In this document: piece by piece, positions 38,921-48,910 of the stretch | How positions within the stretch are numbered: position 1 is the stretch's first letter | How the letters are laid out: each line of letters opens with the position of its first letter | Virus record (IMG/VR): IMGVR_UViG_3300024283_000012 | DNA length: 64,000 bases | Origin: an uncultured virus (IMG/VR IMGVR_UViG_3300024283_000012) | Lineage: Duplodnaviria; Heunggongvirae; Uroviricota; Caudoviricetes | Reading direction: 5' to 3' (one strand) | The notes under the pieces: generated by a model | Seen by the model: only the letters and a program-made list of their open reading frames with translations | The model's database searches: none | What the model was told of the DNA's origin: nothing | Made by a program: the position numbers and the translations under genes

Positions 38921-39197
38921 GGCTCTGGCGGCGGCTTATCTTGATTTTGATTGGATTAGTAACTCAATCTCTAAGCCCGGCCGTACGCCAGAGCCCTTCA
39001 GCAACGCAGGTGGAAGCGCTTACCTCCTATACAACGCAACTGCAATGGAGCGACTTCTGCCTGCGCAAGTTTTGAGGATTTAGCGGCGGTCCAGCATCGG
39101 AGAAATGTGCATGGCCAGAGTACCCGTCAAACGTTGGAGCAAGCCGCCGCTGATTAGTTTTGATGGGTAGAAAAGAATGCCCGGCTGTGAACCGGGC
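38921..39197 (+). ncRNA. Structured intergenic RNA: three long hairpins, a possible pseudoknot and a final hairpin
   Basis: Helices 38921/38986, 39005/39054, 39080/39144, 39121/39159, 39179-39197. Confidence 0.5.
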
Positions 39198-39234
39198 TGA
39201 ATGAAATCAATTTGAACAAAGGAAGTATATCACA

Positions 39235-39612
39235 ATGGCAACAGCAATTAAAAAGTATCCAGTCCCGTATCAGGACATTGCTCGTGCCGGTTTCAACTGG
39301 CAGAAGATGCGCGGCAATAACGCGATGGAGATCATTCTCTGGCATCGTGAATCGTCGAATGAATTCATGGTCACTGTCAGGTCGCAGGACGGTCGCGTGC
39401 AGCGGTTTGTGCCTGAGTCCGACGGTACTTTGTCGATCGTAAAGCCTGAGCCACAGCGATCGGCATTCACCGACCTGATGTTCGCGGCCAATCACGGCGC
39501 TGAAATCGCGTGGTCGTCAGAGATGGAAGATGAAGGGTTGAACGTGGTCGCGGTGGCTGGGGTCACGGCAGAGGACGAAGAAGATCAAATAGAGCAAAGG
39601 TACGGTGCGTGA
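39235..39612 (+). CDS. Hypothetical protein
   Basis: AAGGA RBS; 125 aa. Confidence 0.6.
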   Translation: MATAIKKYPVPYQDIARAGFNWQKMRGNNAMEIILWHRESSNEFMVTVRSQDGRVQRFVPESDGTLSIVKPEPQRSAFTDLMFAANHGAEIAWSSEMEDEGLNVVAVAGVTAEDEEDQIEQRYGA

Positions 39613-40070
39613 TGGCAATCTCTGTTGTAAATGTCGCGGGCTACGGCCCCTGCACAATTGAGCATCACCCGATACCAATATACATCCGAAGAATCGAGTG
39701 TTGGTGCGGTGCGAAGCTTGGCAAAGGCGACGGATGGTTTTGTCACCGATGCACAGAAAAGCTGACGTTTGAACTGGCTCATAATCTCAACTGGAATCAA
39801 GGCGATGACGATTCCTATCAGGAGGCCGCTGCGTATTTGGCAACGCTGGCCGGGCACGGCGACGACACACGGTCGGCTGCGCAAAGAGCAGAGGACGAAG
39901 CCAGCGAAACCTACGACGACGTGATAACCGGACTGCCGGCGGCTTTACAGGAGCTATTAACCGGCCACGTCATCGAGAAAACAATTGAAGCGCCAGAGAC
40001 GGACAGTGTTTACGCGCATGTCTTTGCTGGCCTACCCGCAGAACTACAGAAGGCAATTTTAGGAGAATAA
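39612..40070 (+). CDS. Hypothetical Zn-finger protein
   Basis: CWCG...FCHRC. Confidence 0.55.
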   Translation: MAISVVNVAGYGPCTIEHHPIPIYIRRIECWCGAKLGKGDGWFCHRCTEKLTFELAHNLNWNQGDDDSYQEAAAYLATLAGHGDDTRSAAQRAEDEASETYDDVITGLPAALQELLTGHVIEKTIEAPETDSVYAHVFAGLPAELQKAILGE

Positions 40071-40076
40071 TTTTAT

Positions 40077-41249
40077 ATGGCAACGCAACAATCAATACAG
40101 CTACGCAATCAATCGACGCAATCGTTAATCGCCAGCGGCGCAAAGGCATCTCTTCCGCGTTTCGGCGTGCTCCACAAGGGTGAAAAAGCTCAGCGAAGCT
40201 CAACCGGTGACATTACGCGACCGGGCAAGGATCTGAGTTATTTCCGCCTGGATACCAAATTTCCCGACATAGAGGCGGTCTGGAATAAGGCTTATCCCGA
40301 CGACGCGGCCAAGAGACGGATTAACGTGATTATGCCGTTTGCCACAGTAGACGAGAACTTTGAACGATGCCGCGAACAGTGGGTAAAAGGCGGACTGGTC
40401 CATAGGTGCGACGGCGTGACGACATCGCGAATGAGAGATAAACAAACCGGAAAAATGTCTCTTGAGCCGCAGGATTGCCCCGGTGGATGCGAACTGGTTT
40501 CTCGAATGATGGTGATGATTCCTGAGATGATCGTCGGCACTCTTCGTCTCGGACTGTTTACGCTCAACGACACAAGCAAAAACGACATTGCCCGATTAAA
40601 GGAAGAACTACAGTGGATCTACGATGCGCGCGGTTCGCTGCAAGGCGTCCCGATGATTCTGTACCGCACGGAAGAAATGATCAGCCAGCCCAAAAGCGAC
40701 ACAGACGTTTCCCGTGTTCGTCGAGCTAAATGGATGGTCCACATTGAGGCCGGTCCTGAATTCGCAAAGAGCCTGATTCGCGGTATGACACAGGAAGCGA
40801 TTGCCGCGCCGACCAGGGCTGCGATTGCCGGAACCCAAAGAAGATTGTCGGCCGCACCCGCGCCGATTGCTAACGGCTCGCCGATCGACACCAGCGGTAT
40901 CACCCACGAAGCTTATGGAGATGACGAACCGGAGCCGCCAGCATCGGATTTTGGCGAACAGCCGGGCGATGAAAACGATGGCGCAATCGATGCTGAGCCA
41001 GAATTGCCACCAGCGGAATTCATCAGCGGGGAACTGCTGGAGCGCGCAACCGACCTGACTAAGAAACTCACAGCGGAAGGCGTCACAGTGACCGAGCTTG
41101 CGTCGGTGATTGAGAATGTCGCCGGGGTGAAGAAGATCGAACACGTCGCCGCTGGTGACGCAAAACCGCTGATAGCCGCACTGGCGCAGGCGCTCAGCAC
41201 GAAGCTGGCAAGCAAGACCAAGAAGAAAAGTCCGTTCGCGCCGGAGTAA
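40077..41249 (+). CDS. Phage recombination-associated protein (gp3/RDF-like family)
   Basis: LPRFGVLHKG, LSYFR, HRCDG motifs; acidic linker; AGGAG RBS. Confidence 0.6.
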   Translation: MATQQSIQLRNQSTQSLIASGAKASLPRFGVLHKGEKAQRSSTGDITRPGKDLSYFRLDTKFPDIEAVWNKAYPDDAAKRRINVIMPFATVDENFERCREQWVKGGLVHRCDGVTTSRMRDKQTGKMSLEPQDCPGGCELVSRMMVMIPEMIVGTLRLGLFTLNDTSKNDIARLKEELQWIYDARGSLQGVPMILYRTEEMISQPKSDTDVSRVRRAKWMVHIEAGPEFAKSLIRGMTQEAIAAPTRAAIAGTQRRLSAAPAPIANGSPIDTSGITHEAYGDDEPEPPASDFGEQPGDENDGAIDAEPELPPAEFISGELLERATDLTKKLTAEGVTVTELASVIENVAGVKKIEHVAAGDAKPLIAALAQALSTKLASKTKKKSPFAPE

Positions 41250-41253
41250 TCAA

Positions 41254-41661
41254 ATGCATCTACGAGTCAGTTATTTCGATGTGGATATACCGTTCGATAA
41301 GTTGCTGGTCGATAGATACGGCTGGCCTCAGAACGTGCCCCTGAGCGACGAGGCGCTTGCGCGACTGCAGAAATGCACAAGCGTCAGCGTCCGTCTCGAA
41401 ATCAACCGTCACGGCGAAATTGTTAATAGCAATGCCTGGGTAAACGACGACGGAACAAGCCGCAACCACGAAGCTTGCTACGATCCGGACTGTAGCCATC
41501 ACTGGGCGCGACATTACAGCATCGACGAAAACTATTCGGCCTGTAAGTTTCCCGGATGCAAGTGCCAGCGGTTCGTGTCGCGCAATGAATATGAGATCGG
41601 ACAGCAACCAAACTCAATAGCGATTCGTCCGGTGATGGCGATCGCAAGGAAGGTCGCGTAA
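41254..41661 (+). CDS. Hypothetical protein with Cys/His cluster
   Basis: C..CSH...H...C...CKCQRF. Confidence 0.55.
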   Translation: MHLRVSYFDVDIPFDKLLVDRYGWPQNVPLSDEALARLQKCTSVSVRLEINRHGEIVNSNAWVNDDGTSRNHEACYDPDCSHHWARHYSIDENYSACKFPGCKCQRFVSRNEYEIGQQPNSIAIRPVMAIARKVA

Positions 41662-41891
41662 TGAGCGACCACGTAACCGATGTGCCCTGGAAAGACCATA
41701 TGGCACACATACGACCACTCGCGGCGGCAGATCCATCGCACGTCTATTACGCGCAGGTGATTCCGCCGGGATACGACGCAGAGGCCGACAGGTTGCGAGC
41801 GCTAGGAATGGTGCAGGTTTTCAGGTGCGAGCGGCCGGTTAAGGTCAGGGAAATCGACAGGGAATTACACCGCTTAATAAGGAAGGCATAG
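41661..41891 (+). CDS. Hypothetical protein
   Basis: TAATG coupling. Confidence 0.5.
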   Translation: MSDHVTDVPWKDHMAHIRPLAAADPSHVYYAQVIPPGYDAEADRLRALGMVQVFRCERPVKVREIDRELHRLIRKA

Positions 41892-41893
41892 CA

Positions 41894-42157
41894 ATGGGCT
41901 ACAAGTACGAAGATGAAAAACCTGAATTATTCACCGAGAACGGCTCTCGAATGTTCTTGAAGTATCGAGATACCGCGTTCTACCTGCTGGCGAAATCCGG
42001 CGCTATTCGAATGCAGGAATTGATGACGGCGGCGGCAACGGGTGGCAGTTCGTGGACGATGATGGCCTGTGTTGATCGAATGATTGAACTAGGCGAACTG
42101 CGTGAGATCCCGCAAGACGAGCCAGCCGGACAGCACAGAATATTCGTAAAGGCATAG
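41894..42157 (+). CDS. Hypothetical (winged-helix-like) protein
   Basis: 87 aa; CVDRMIELGELREI. Confidence 0.55.
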   Translation: MGYKYEDEKPELFTENGSRMFLKYRDTAFYLLAKSGAIRMQELMTAAATGGSSWTMMACVDRMIELGELREIPQDEPAGQHRIFVKA

Positions 42158-43219
42158 GCATTGACTTTCCATCCCGGCGCTACCCTTCGCAGTTGATTGT
42201 TGATTGACATGTGGCAGCGTCGGGGTGGGATTAACGGAGTGATTATGGGAGCTAAACTACGAGAGATGGCCTCAAGGGAAGTGCAGTTATATCGCGACGA
42301 GATTGACGGCCTGCTTGAGCAATGCACAGAGCCACAGCGCGTACTGTTCAAGAAAGTATTTCCAGATTATGAGACCACGGAAGACACATCCAAGCTTAAA
42401 ACAGCGGTTTCTTTATGCGCAAGAACTGTTGCGAAAAACAATGGCGATTCGGCGTGGGCTGGAGCATAGCCGGGCGTCGGGGTGGGATTGAGTAACAGAC
42501 GCGGCCGGTAGCTGACCGGATGATTGCAGTGGAGGCGCTTATGATCCGTGTCGACTCCGTTGTGGTTGCGGCGGCAAACGGCACGGTTATACACGAACAA
42601 ATGAACGGGGTTTCTCTAGCGAGGCTGGGCGGTGCTGGCAGGCCGCCCGGTAATGGAGTTGAGATGGCAAAGGTAATTCTGACACCTAATCAGGAAAAGA
42701 TTCTGCGGCTCGTCCGCGCTGGTCGCAGGATCGATCACTACGAGGGTCGAATCTATATGCACGGCGACGGTAAGCACGAATGCCTTGGCTTTCACGATGT
42801 CTATGCACTGGAACGCGGCGGCTGGCTTACATCGACAGGAAAGCTGACGAAGGCTGCGCGGGAAGGCAGGATTTGAGATGGCACAACCAAAGATCAGTTA
42901 CAGCCGCATTATGGATAACTTTTTCGTTGTCATTATCGACGGCGGCAGGGTCGGTTATGCGTTAAGCGAAGAGGACGCAAAGAAGGTCGTTTCGTGGCTG
43001 AAGAATGCGACCGAAGAGATTGAGTTTGTGAGGAAACCGCAATGACACAGCCAAAATCATCTGAATGGCCCGGCCCTCGCAAGTCGTTTGTGCGATGGCT
43101 GCGCAATTATCTCGATGCGCGAAAGATCAAGCGGGCACTCGGTCGTCCACGGCCGCGACGGATACATAATTACGACAGAGCGCCATTTGATGCGCCAGTG
43201 CTGAAGCAGGAGGACATTG

Positions 43220-43555
43220 ATGGCTACTGACACAACCGAATCCGCCCTCGCGTCCCTTTGCGAACAGCAGCTAAGTGAGCTGACTGCGCTGCGCAAGGAC
43301 AACGGCGAACTAAACGATGAGGTTAATCGGCTATCGTCGCTGGTGGATTATCTCACTATTGACCGTGACACATACAAGCGACTCTTCAGGAGAGAAGAGA
43401 TCCTGGCGGTTCGATATATGGAATGGGTCGAAAAGACCGCCTGCAATTGCAAGAAAGAGGCGCGGGCACCATTCCACGCTGATACCTGTAACTGGCTCGG
43501 CGTTCTATTCGACATAGAGGAACGTAAGGCCCCAGCCGCACCCGTGGGAGAGTGA
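43220..43555 (+). CDS. Coiled-coil hypothetical protein
   Basis: AGGAGG RBS. Confidence 0.55.
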   Translation: MATDTTESALASLCEQQLSELTALRKDNGELNDEVNRLSSLVDYLTIDRDTYKRLFRREEILAVRYMEWVEKTACNCKKEARAPFHADTCNWLGVLFDIEERKAPAAPVGE

Positions 43556-43687
43556 CGCGATGGCAAACTGTGCTGACTGCGATGCTGAAATTGAAGTAAC
43601 CGAATTTGCCTGTCCGTATTGCGGTGATTTGCTTTGCGGTGATTGCTGCGACCTGGCAATGGAAGTTCGGAATCCAGAGGATTATTA

Positions 43688-44245
43688 ATGCCACAAGAGC
43701 GAATGTCACTAGCGGACTTCAAGGCGCTGACGGGTAAATCGACCGGGCGCGGCACTAAAGAAACGCGGTCGAAGGAAAAGGAAAAGCTCGGCCAGTATTT
43801 GCTCTACGGCGGCAATCCATGGGTGACAGAGCATAAGTTTCATCCTACGCGAAAGTGGCCGCTCGACTATGCCTGGGTGGACCTGAAGATCGGAATTGAG
43901 TACCACGGCGCCGTGTTCGACGAAGGGCATCACTCTCGCGGTGTGGGGCTCACTGACGACGCAGAGAAGGCGGCAGAGGCGCAGATACTCGGATGGATAG
44001 TGATAACCGTGACGGCGCTTTCCGTGAAGGACGGCAGGGCGTTTGACCTAATCGATCGTGCCGTGAAAGCCAGGCAGGCAGAGGCCCGTAACTATGATCC
44101 AGAGGCGAATGCGAAGTATTGCCGGACCTACTATCAGAAGCGTGTTGACGCTGGACTGTGCCCAAAATGCGGCAACGTGCCCGAGATCGGGACGGTCTGC
44201 AACGATTGCTTGATGAAGACCAAGATACGGTTTTGCAAGAGGTAG
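43688..44245 (+). CDS. PD-(D/E)XK / DUF559-like endonuclease with C-terminal Zn finger
   Basis: EHKFHPTRKWPLDYAW..KIGIEYHG...AQILGWIVI; CPKC...CNDC. Confidence 0.7.
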   Translation: MPQERMSLADFKALTGKSTGRGTKETRSKEKEKLGQYLLYGGNPWVTEHKFHPTRKWPLDYAWVDLKIGIEYHGAVFDEGHHSRGVGLTDDAEKAAEAQILGWIVITVTALSVKDGRAFDLIDRAVKARQAEARNYDPEANAKYCRTYYQKRVDAGLCPKCGNVPEIGTVCNDCLMKTKIRFCKR

Positions 44246-44422
44246 CCATGCCAGAACCACGCGACTTCGCAGTCAATGAAGCTGTAATTATCCGTGACGG
44301 CAGCGCGTCCCACGATGGCGACGCCGGGGTGATTGCGTGCGCTGACGATGAGTTCTACTACGTGCAGATCGAGGGGTGTAGGCCGTGGTGGCCTTGTCAA
44401 GGTTCGGAATTGGAGAGAGTTG

Positions 44423-44857
44423 ATGAATAACTGGAAAATTACAGAAGACAAGCGAACCAAGACGGACGCGCCACTGATAGTGTGCGATTACGTTGAATTC
44501 TTACGCGAGAACGAATTTGAGCCGCCGATTTTATACTACGGCCTGAACAAAGAGGGCGCTCCCGTCTTTGGGGTCAGCGTAGATACAGACACTGAAAAGC
44601 AGTGCGAAATATTTGTTCACGCGGTTGTCGAGGGCTACGACGCGATTGCATTTTTTAATCGACAAATGAACGTGACGACGTTGATGCAGAAGGCGCGGGA
44701 ACTGTTCAGGATCGACGAATACCACGTTAAAGGCGTCCAGTTACTGGCCGTTTATAAGATCGCATACGACGACCTTCCGGTAGAGAATCGGCCGCTTGAG
44801 TCAGCATATTTTCCGAAATGGTTGTCGAGAACAGGCGAGCTAATACGGGAGACATAG
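44423..44857 (+). CDS. Hypothetical protein
   Basis: GGAG RBS; ORF. Confidence 0.55.
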   Translation: MNNWKITEDKRTKTDAPLIVCDYVEFLRENEFEPPILYYGLNKEGAPVFGVSVDTDTEKQCEIFVHAVVEGYDAIAFFNRQMNVTTLMQKARELFRIDEYHVKGVQLLAVYKIAYDDLPVENRPLESAYFPKWLSRTGELIRET

Positions 44858-45221
44858 CCATGACACCCAGCAACATCACCGAAGCCGAGATTGCCCGCCA
44901 GCGAGCGCGCGTCGTCGTGGCTGAAGCAGTTATCGACGATGCACAGAAACAGGCGCAGGTTGAGCGGGAGAGGTTGCAGCTGATGGAGGAGATGAGGGAG
45001 GTTTATTAGATGCCATACGATCTCGAAACACATTGTGGCGGAACTGGAATGCTCAACTGTTTTTGCGCTGGTGACTTTTGCGCGTGCGGTCTTAACGGTG
45101 AGGCAATCTGTACTGGCTGCCCAGACTGCTACGACAGCGACGATGACGACGATTTTGGCTATGACGAATTGACATCGGAGCCGACGCCGTAGCCTGACGC
45201 GGGCGGATGGGGGAGATTGGG

Positions 45222-45905
45222 ATGACGCCATATTATCAGGATAATTGGGTGACGATATTCAACGCGGATTGCCGTGGAATATTACCCCTGCTTGATCCTG
45301 TTGAGCTGCTATTGACTGATCCGCCTTACGGAATTGGCTTTGCCGGGCAGCCGACTAAATGGCAGCGCTTGGCTGGAAATCAGCCAAAAGATTGGGATGA
45401 TAAGCCGGTGTCACGGCAGATTCTGATTGATTACATCCACATCGCGGGCAAATCGATTATCTGGGGCGGCAATTATTTCCAGCTGCCAATTTCGCGCTGC
45501 TGGCTCTCGTGGTGTAAGCCCGATGCTCCGCCTTCAATGGGCAACGTAGAAGTTGCGTGGACAAATCTGGAAGGTAATTCGAAATACATAGTCCATTCAA
45601 TTTCAGCGACAAACAAAGAGCGCGTATCGCATCCGACACAAAAACCGTTGCGTGTTATTCGCTGGGCGCTCAACTGCGCCGACGTCGGAGAGAGGGCAAT
45701 TATCTGCGATCCCTTTATGGGCAGCGGCACAACTTTAGTCGCAGCAAAACAACTTGGCCGCCGCGCAATCGGCATCGAGATCAGCAAGGAATACTGCGAC
45801 ATAGCGATTGAGCGACTGAGGCAAGATGTGCTGGATTTCAGCGAACCACTACCAGAAGCGCAGCCGGTAACAGGGTCGCTATTTGACGCGGGAGAAGTGG
45901 CGTGA
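45222..45905 (+). CDS. DNA N4-cytosine/N6-adenine methyltransferase (beta class)
   Basis: TDPPYG, HPTQKP, DPFMGSGTT, GIEI. Confidence 0.9.
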   Translation: MTPYYQDNWVTIFNADCRGILPLLDPVELLLTDPPYGIGFAGQPTKWQRLAGNQPKDWDDKPVSRQILIDYIHIAGKSIIWGGNYFQLPISRCWLSWCKPDAPPSMGNVEVAWTNLEGNSKYIVHSISATNKERVSHPTQKPLRVIRWALNCADVGERAIICDPFMGSGTTLVAAKQLGRRAIGIEISKEYCDIAIERLRQDVLDFSEPLPEAQPVTGSLFDAGEVA

Positions 45906-46000
45906 AGCGTAAGGCCGGAATCGTGGAATCGTCGCACTGGGAGCGCGCGAAAACGTGATTTTTATGTGTACTTTTGGACAGAAAAAATATACACTGTTTC

Positions 46001-46428
46001 CAGCAACGAAGAGACTGCGGGAGTTACATTCACTTGTAATATCTCAATTTCTCAGTACAATCTGTCGGTTAATTTTCAGTCGATTTTGTCTCGCGACAAG
46101 ACCGCTGAGCTATTGGGCTACCGTCAAGGTAACCTCGCGTCTCTTCGTTGCTGTTGAACGCCAGGGGCTCAAAGCTCAGCGGTCTTGCTGCGTTTAGGGG
46201 CCGGTTATTTGACAATCGAACTTGATAATAGTGGGGTCGGTCGGACAACGGGAAACCGCTCTGAACACTCACGGATGATTCAGTCGGCCTTCAACAAGCC
46301 GATGAGAAGACGGGGAAATCTCTTCCAGTGGATGCCCGCAGGAACTGGAGGGCGCAGTGCGCACGCCTCAAACACCATACGATGCGAAACGGGCAGGTAG
46401 CCGAATGGTCACGCTGTTATCAAGTTGG
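46001..46428 (+). ncRNA. C4/CI-like antisense RNA element with flanking targets
   Basis: Two interleaved perfect 15-bp inverted repeats; internal promoter TTGTAA-16-TACAAT; further long helix 46219/46414. Confidence 0.55.
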
Positions 46429-46538
46429 GTTGTTTATGGAGTGGTCGATGCCAGAAGCGGAAACAGTCAACCCGAACATCCTGGAATCTGACGCAGAACT
46501 GATGTGGCAGATATGGGAAGAGGAAAGCGAGGGAGAGC

Positions 46539-47177
46539 ATGCAAATTAGCATCACTGGTTCTGATAACGGCCCATTACCGAAAAAGAAGCGCTCGTTCGA
46601 CGTTCCGGCAATGATCAGACTTCGACAGAAGGATATTGATACCGACGGTCAGGTTTCTGAATTCTTTTGGTCAAAGGTCGACAAGACGCCTGGGCTCGGC
46701 AAGTGGGGTGACTGCTGGTTCTGGACTGGTGGAATCTCAAAACAGACTGGCTATGGAAACTGCACGAAGATCATCGGCAAGAAAACGACGCCACATCGAA
46801 TCGCCTACGTTTTGGTCAAGGGACCGATCGCCGATGGACTGGAATTAAATCACGAATGCGAGGTTAAGCGATGCGTAAACCCCGACCACCTTGAACCGAT
46901 GACGCACGAGCACAATATGCTTTTTTCAGACACGCTGCCCGGCCTGAACGCCAAGAAAACACACTGCCCGAAAGGTCATCCGTACAATCAAAGCAACACC
47001 TACCGGCAGAAAAACGGCGGGCGCGTCTGCAAGAGATGCAGGTACGAAAAGATCAAAGCCTGGACAGCAAACAAGCTCGCAAACGATCCTGATTACAAGG
47101 AAAAATATTTGTCAAAGAAGCGCGCCTATTCGCTTGAATACCAGCGTAAGCAGCGCGGCCTGAATCCTTTGCAGTAA
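46539..47177 (+). CDS. HNH endonuclease
   Basis: CWFWTG, HRIAY, LNHECEVKRCVNPDHLE, THCPKGHPY. Confidence 0.85.
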   Translation: MQISITGSDNGPLPKKKRSFDVPAMIRLRQKDIDTDGQVSEFFWSKVDKTPGLGKWGDCWFWTGGISKQTGYGNCTKIIGKKTTPHRIAYVLVKGPIADGLELNHECEVKRCVNPDHLEPMTHEHNMLFSDTLPGLNAKKTHCPKGHPYNQSNTYRQKNGGRVCKRCRYEKIKAWTANKLANDPDYKEKYLSKKRAYSLEYQRKQRGLNPLQ

Positions 47178-47261
47178 ATGGCCCGTTATCAGATGTTTCC
47201 ATAATAACTATTTTCAGACGCAAACAATATGACGCGAATCACACACTATTGAGGGATTAAA

Positions 47262-48143
47262 TTGGCTTACGTCCCCGATGAAGCGATTGATCGATTCCCC
47301 GAACTGACCGCTGGCGAACAGGCGCTATATCTTCGCTTATGTAAATACCGCTGCGGTCAGGTTGAAGATGAAAACTACGGACTGGCTTTCCCGTCACGGA
47401 AGACCCTGGCGGCCGAAATGGATTGTGTTCCCGAGTACGTTTCACAGGTTATGTCATCGCTTACACGCAAAGAATGGGTCAAAAAAATCGGCTGGAAAGT
47501 CCTGCTACTGGTCGGGTTTTCAGAAGGTCAAAAGTTAGATAATTCTTACAAGTTAGAAAGTAAGAAAATTCTTAAAAGTAAGAATTTGAAAGGTCAAAAG
47601 TTAGAATCTGAAACCCAAAAGTTAGAAAATCAGCCCGCGCATATAAGGAATAAGAACCAATTAGAACCAAAAGAACCAATAGAAGAAATACCTACGCCTT
47701 CGGCTCCGGTTGTCGATGCAGCGCCAAAAGAAATCTGGTCAGCCCCATACGACCGGATGTTTAAGCGAATATTCGCGGAGTTCCATAAAGGCGAACCGTA
47801 CCTGCGCGAGATCGGAAAAAATGGCAAAGAGGATTCAAACGATTTTGTCAGACTAGGAAGGCTTTGGACTGCCCACGAAAACAAGCTGCCTCTTGATCAG
47901 TTCGAGGAGGCTCTGCTGAATTACTTTAGCACTCCCCAGGGAAAATACACCCTAGCTGATTTCTGTATGAGATATGCGACGTTTCGTGTCGGCCCGCTGA
48001 ACGACTACGGCAAGCCGGCGAACGGCCACGGTCCACCTGGATCGACACCTTCGCTATGGGCTCAAACCCGCAACACGCAGAACAACCCGTCAGCGTTCGA
48101 CGCAGCCGGTGAAATTATCAAGAACAGGACGAAAACAGGATGA
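47262..48143 (+). CDS. Replication initiator (lambda O / DnaD-like, N-terminal wHTH)
   Basis: ALYLRL...AFPSRKTLAAEM...LTRKEWV; internal AT-rich iterons; TTG start with GAGG RBS. Confidence 0.75.
   Translation: MAYVPDEAIDRFPELTAGEQALYLRLCKYRCGQVEDENYGLAFPSRKTLAAEMDCVPEYVSQVMSSLTRKEWVKKIGWKVLLLVGFSEGQKLDNSYKLESKKILKSKNLKGQKLESETQKLENQPAHIRNKNQLEPKEPIEEIPTPSAPVVDAAPKEIWSAPYDRMFKRIFAEFHKGEPYLREIGKNGKEDSNDFVRLGRLWTAHENKLPLDQFEEALLNYFSTPQGKYTLADFCMRYATFRVGPLNDYGKPANGHGPPGSTPSLWAQTRNTQNNPSAFDAAGEIIKNRTKTG
47524..47630. repeat. Putative replication origin iterons
   Basis: AAGTTAGA at 47532, 47550, 47598, 47619; AAGTAAGA at 47558, 47576; AT-rich. Confidence 0.7.
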
Positions 48144-48847
48144 AACCAGACGATTACGACAAATTCTCGGAAGCCCTTAAGGGACTCAGCGAGGTATTCG
48201 ACAAGCAATTATCTCCCGCGGCAATCGTGCTCTACTTCGACGCGATGATGGATCTGAGCTTGGATGCTGTCACGGCCGCAACGAAGCGGTATATCCTGAA
48301 CGGCAAATTCTTCCCGAAGATTGCCGAGATTCGCGAACTGTGCGCCGGTTCGACTGAAGATCAGGTTCAGAACGCCTGGAACCTGCTGAACAAAGCCTAC
48401 CGCAAAGCTGGTGAAATGGACTCAGTTTGTTTTCAGGATCCGGCTATGGCTTACGCGCTGACCAAAACGTTCACCACCTGGACGAACTGCGCGAACGAAC
48501 TTTACACCTTGTCGCCCGAGATGCTGGCATTCAAGAAAAAAGAATTCGGCAAGAATTATAAACTCTACGCGATCGAACAACCGGACAGCCAGCCGCTCTA
48601 TTTTCCCGGCAAGGCGGAGTCGTCGAATCGTCAGTCCGCTGGCAAATGGATGATTAAAATCGATTCATTCAAGCAGCCGGTTCATCTGGTCGGACCCGCG
48701 GACGTGGATACAGTAAATCTGAACTTCGACGGTGGTACAGGACTGCTGACTGAAGCGAGCGCCAAACGGCTTTACGCATTCCAGACGGGTATTCGCGAGA
48801 TCAAGGCTGGCAACGTACAGGCGCAAATAGTCGAAACGATTCAGTAG
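48140..48847 (+). CDS. Putative helicase loader/inhibitor (DUF6475-like)
   Basis: KFFPKIAEIRE, AWNLL, SVCFQDP; ATGA overlap with initiator. Confidence 0.65.
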   Translation: MKPDDYDKFSEALKGLSEVFDKQLSPAAIVLYFDAMMDLSLDAVTAATKRYILNGKFFPKIAEIRELCAGSTEDQVQNAWNLLNKAYRKAGEMDSVCFQDPAMAYALTKTFTTWTNCANELYTLSPEMLAFKKKEFGKNYKLYAIEQPDSQPLYFPGKAESSNRQSAGKWMIKIDSFKQPVHLVGPADVDTVNLNFDGGTGLLTEASAKRLYAFQTGIREIKAGNVQAQIVETIQ

Positions 48848-48910
48848 CACCCCTCGCACACCTGGAGCGGCTGGAGGAGGCACGGTGGAAGGTTTACGGG
48901 AGGTGAATTG

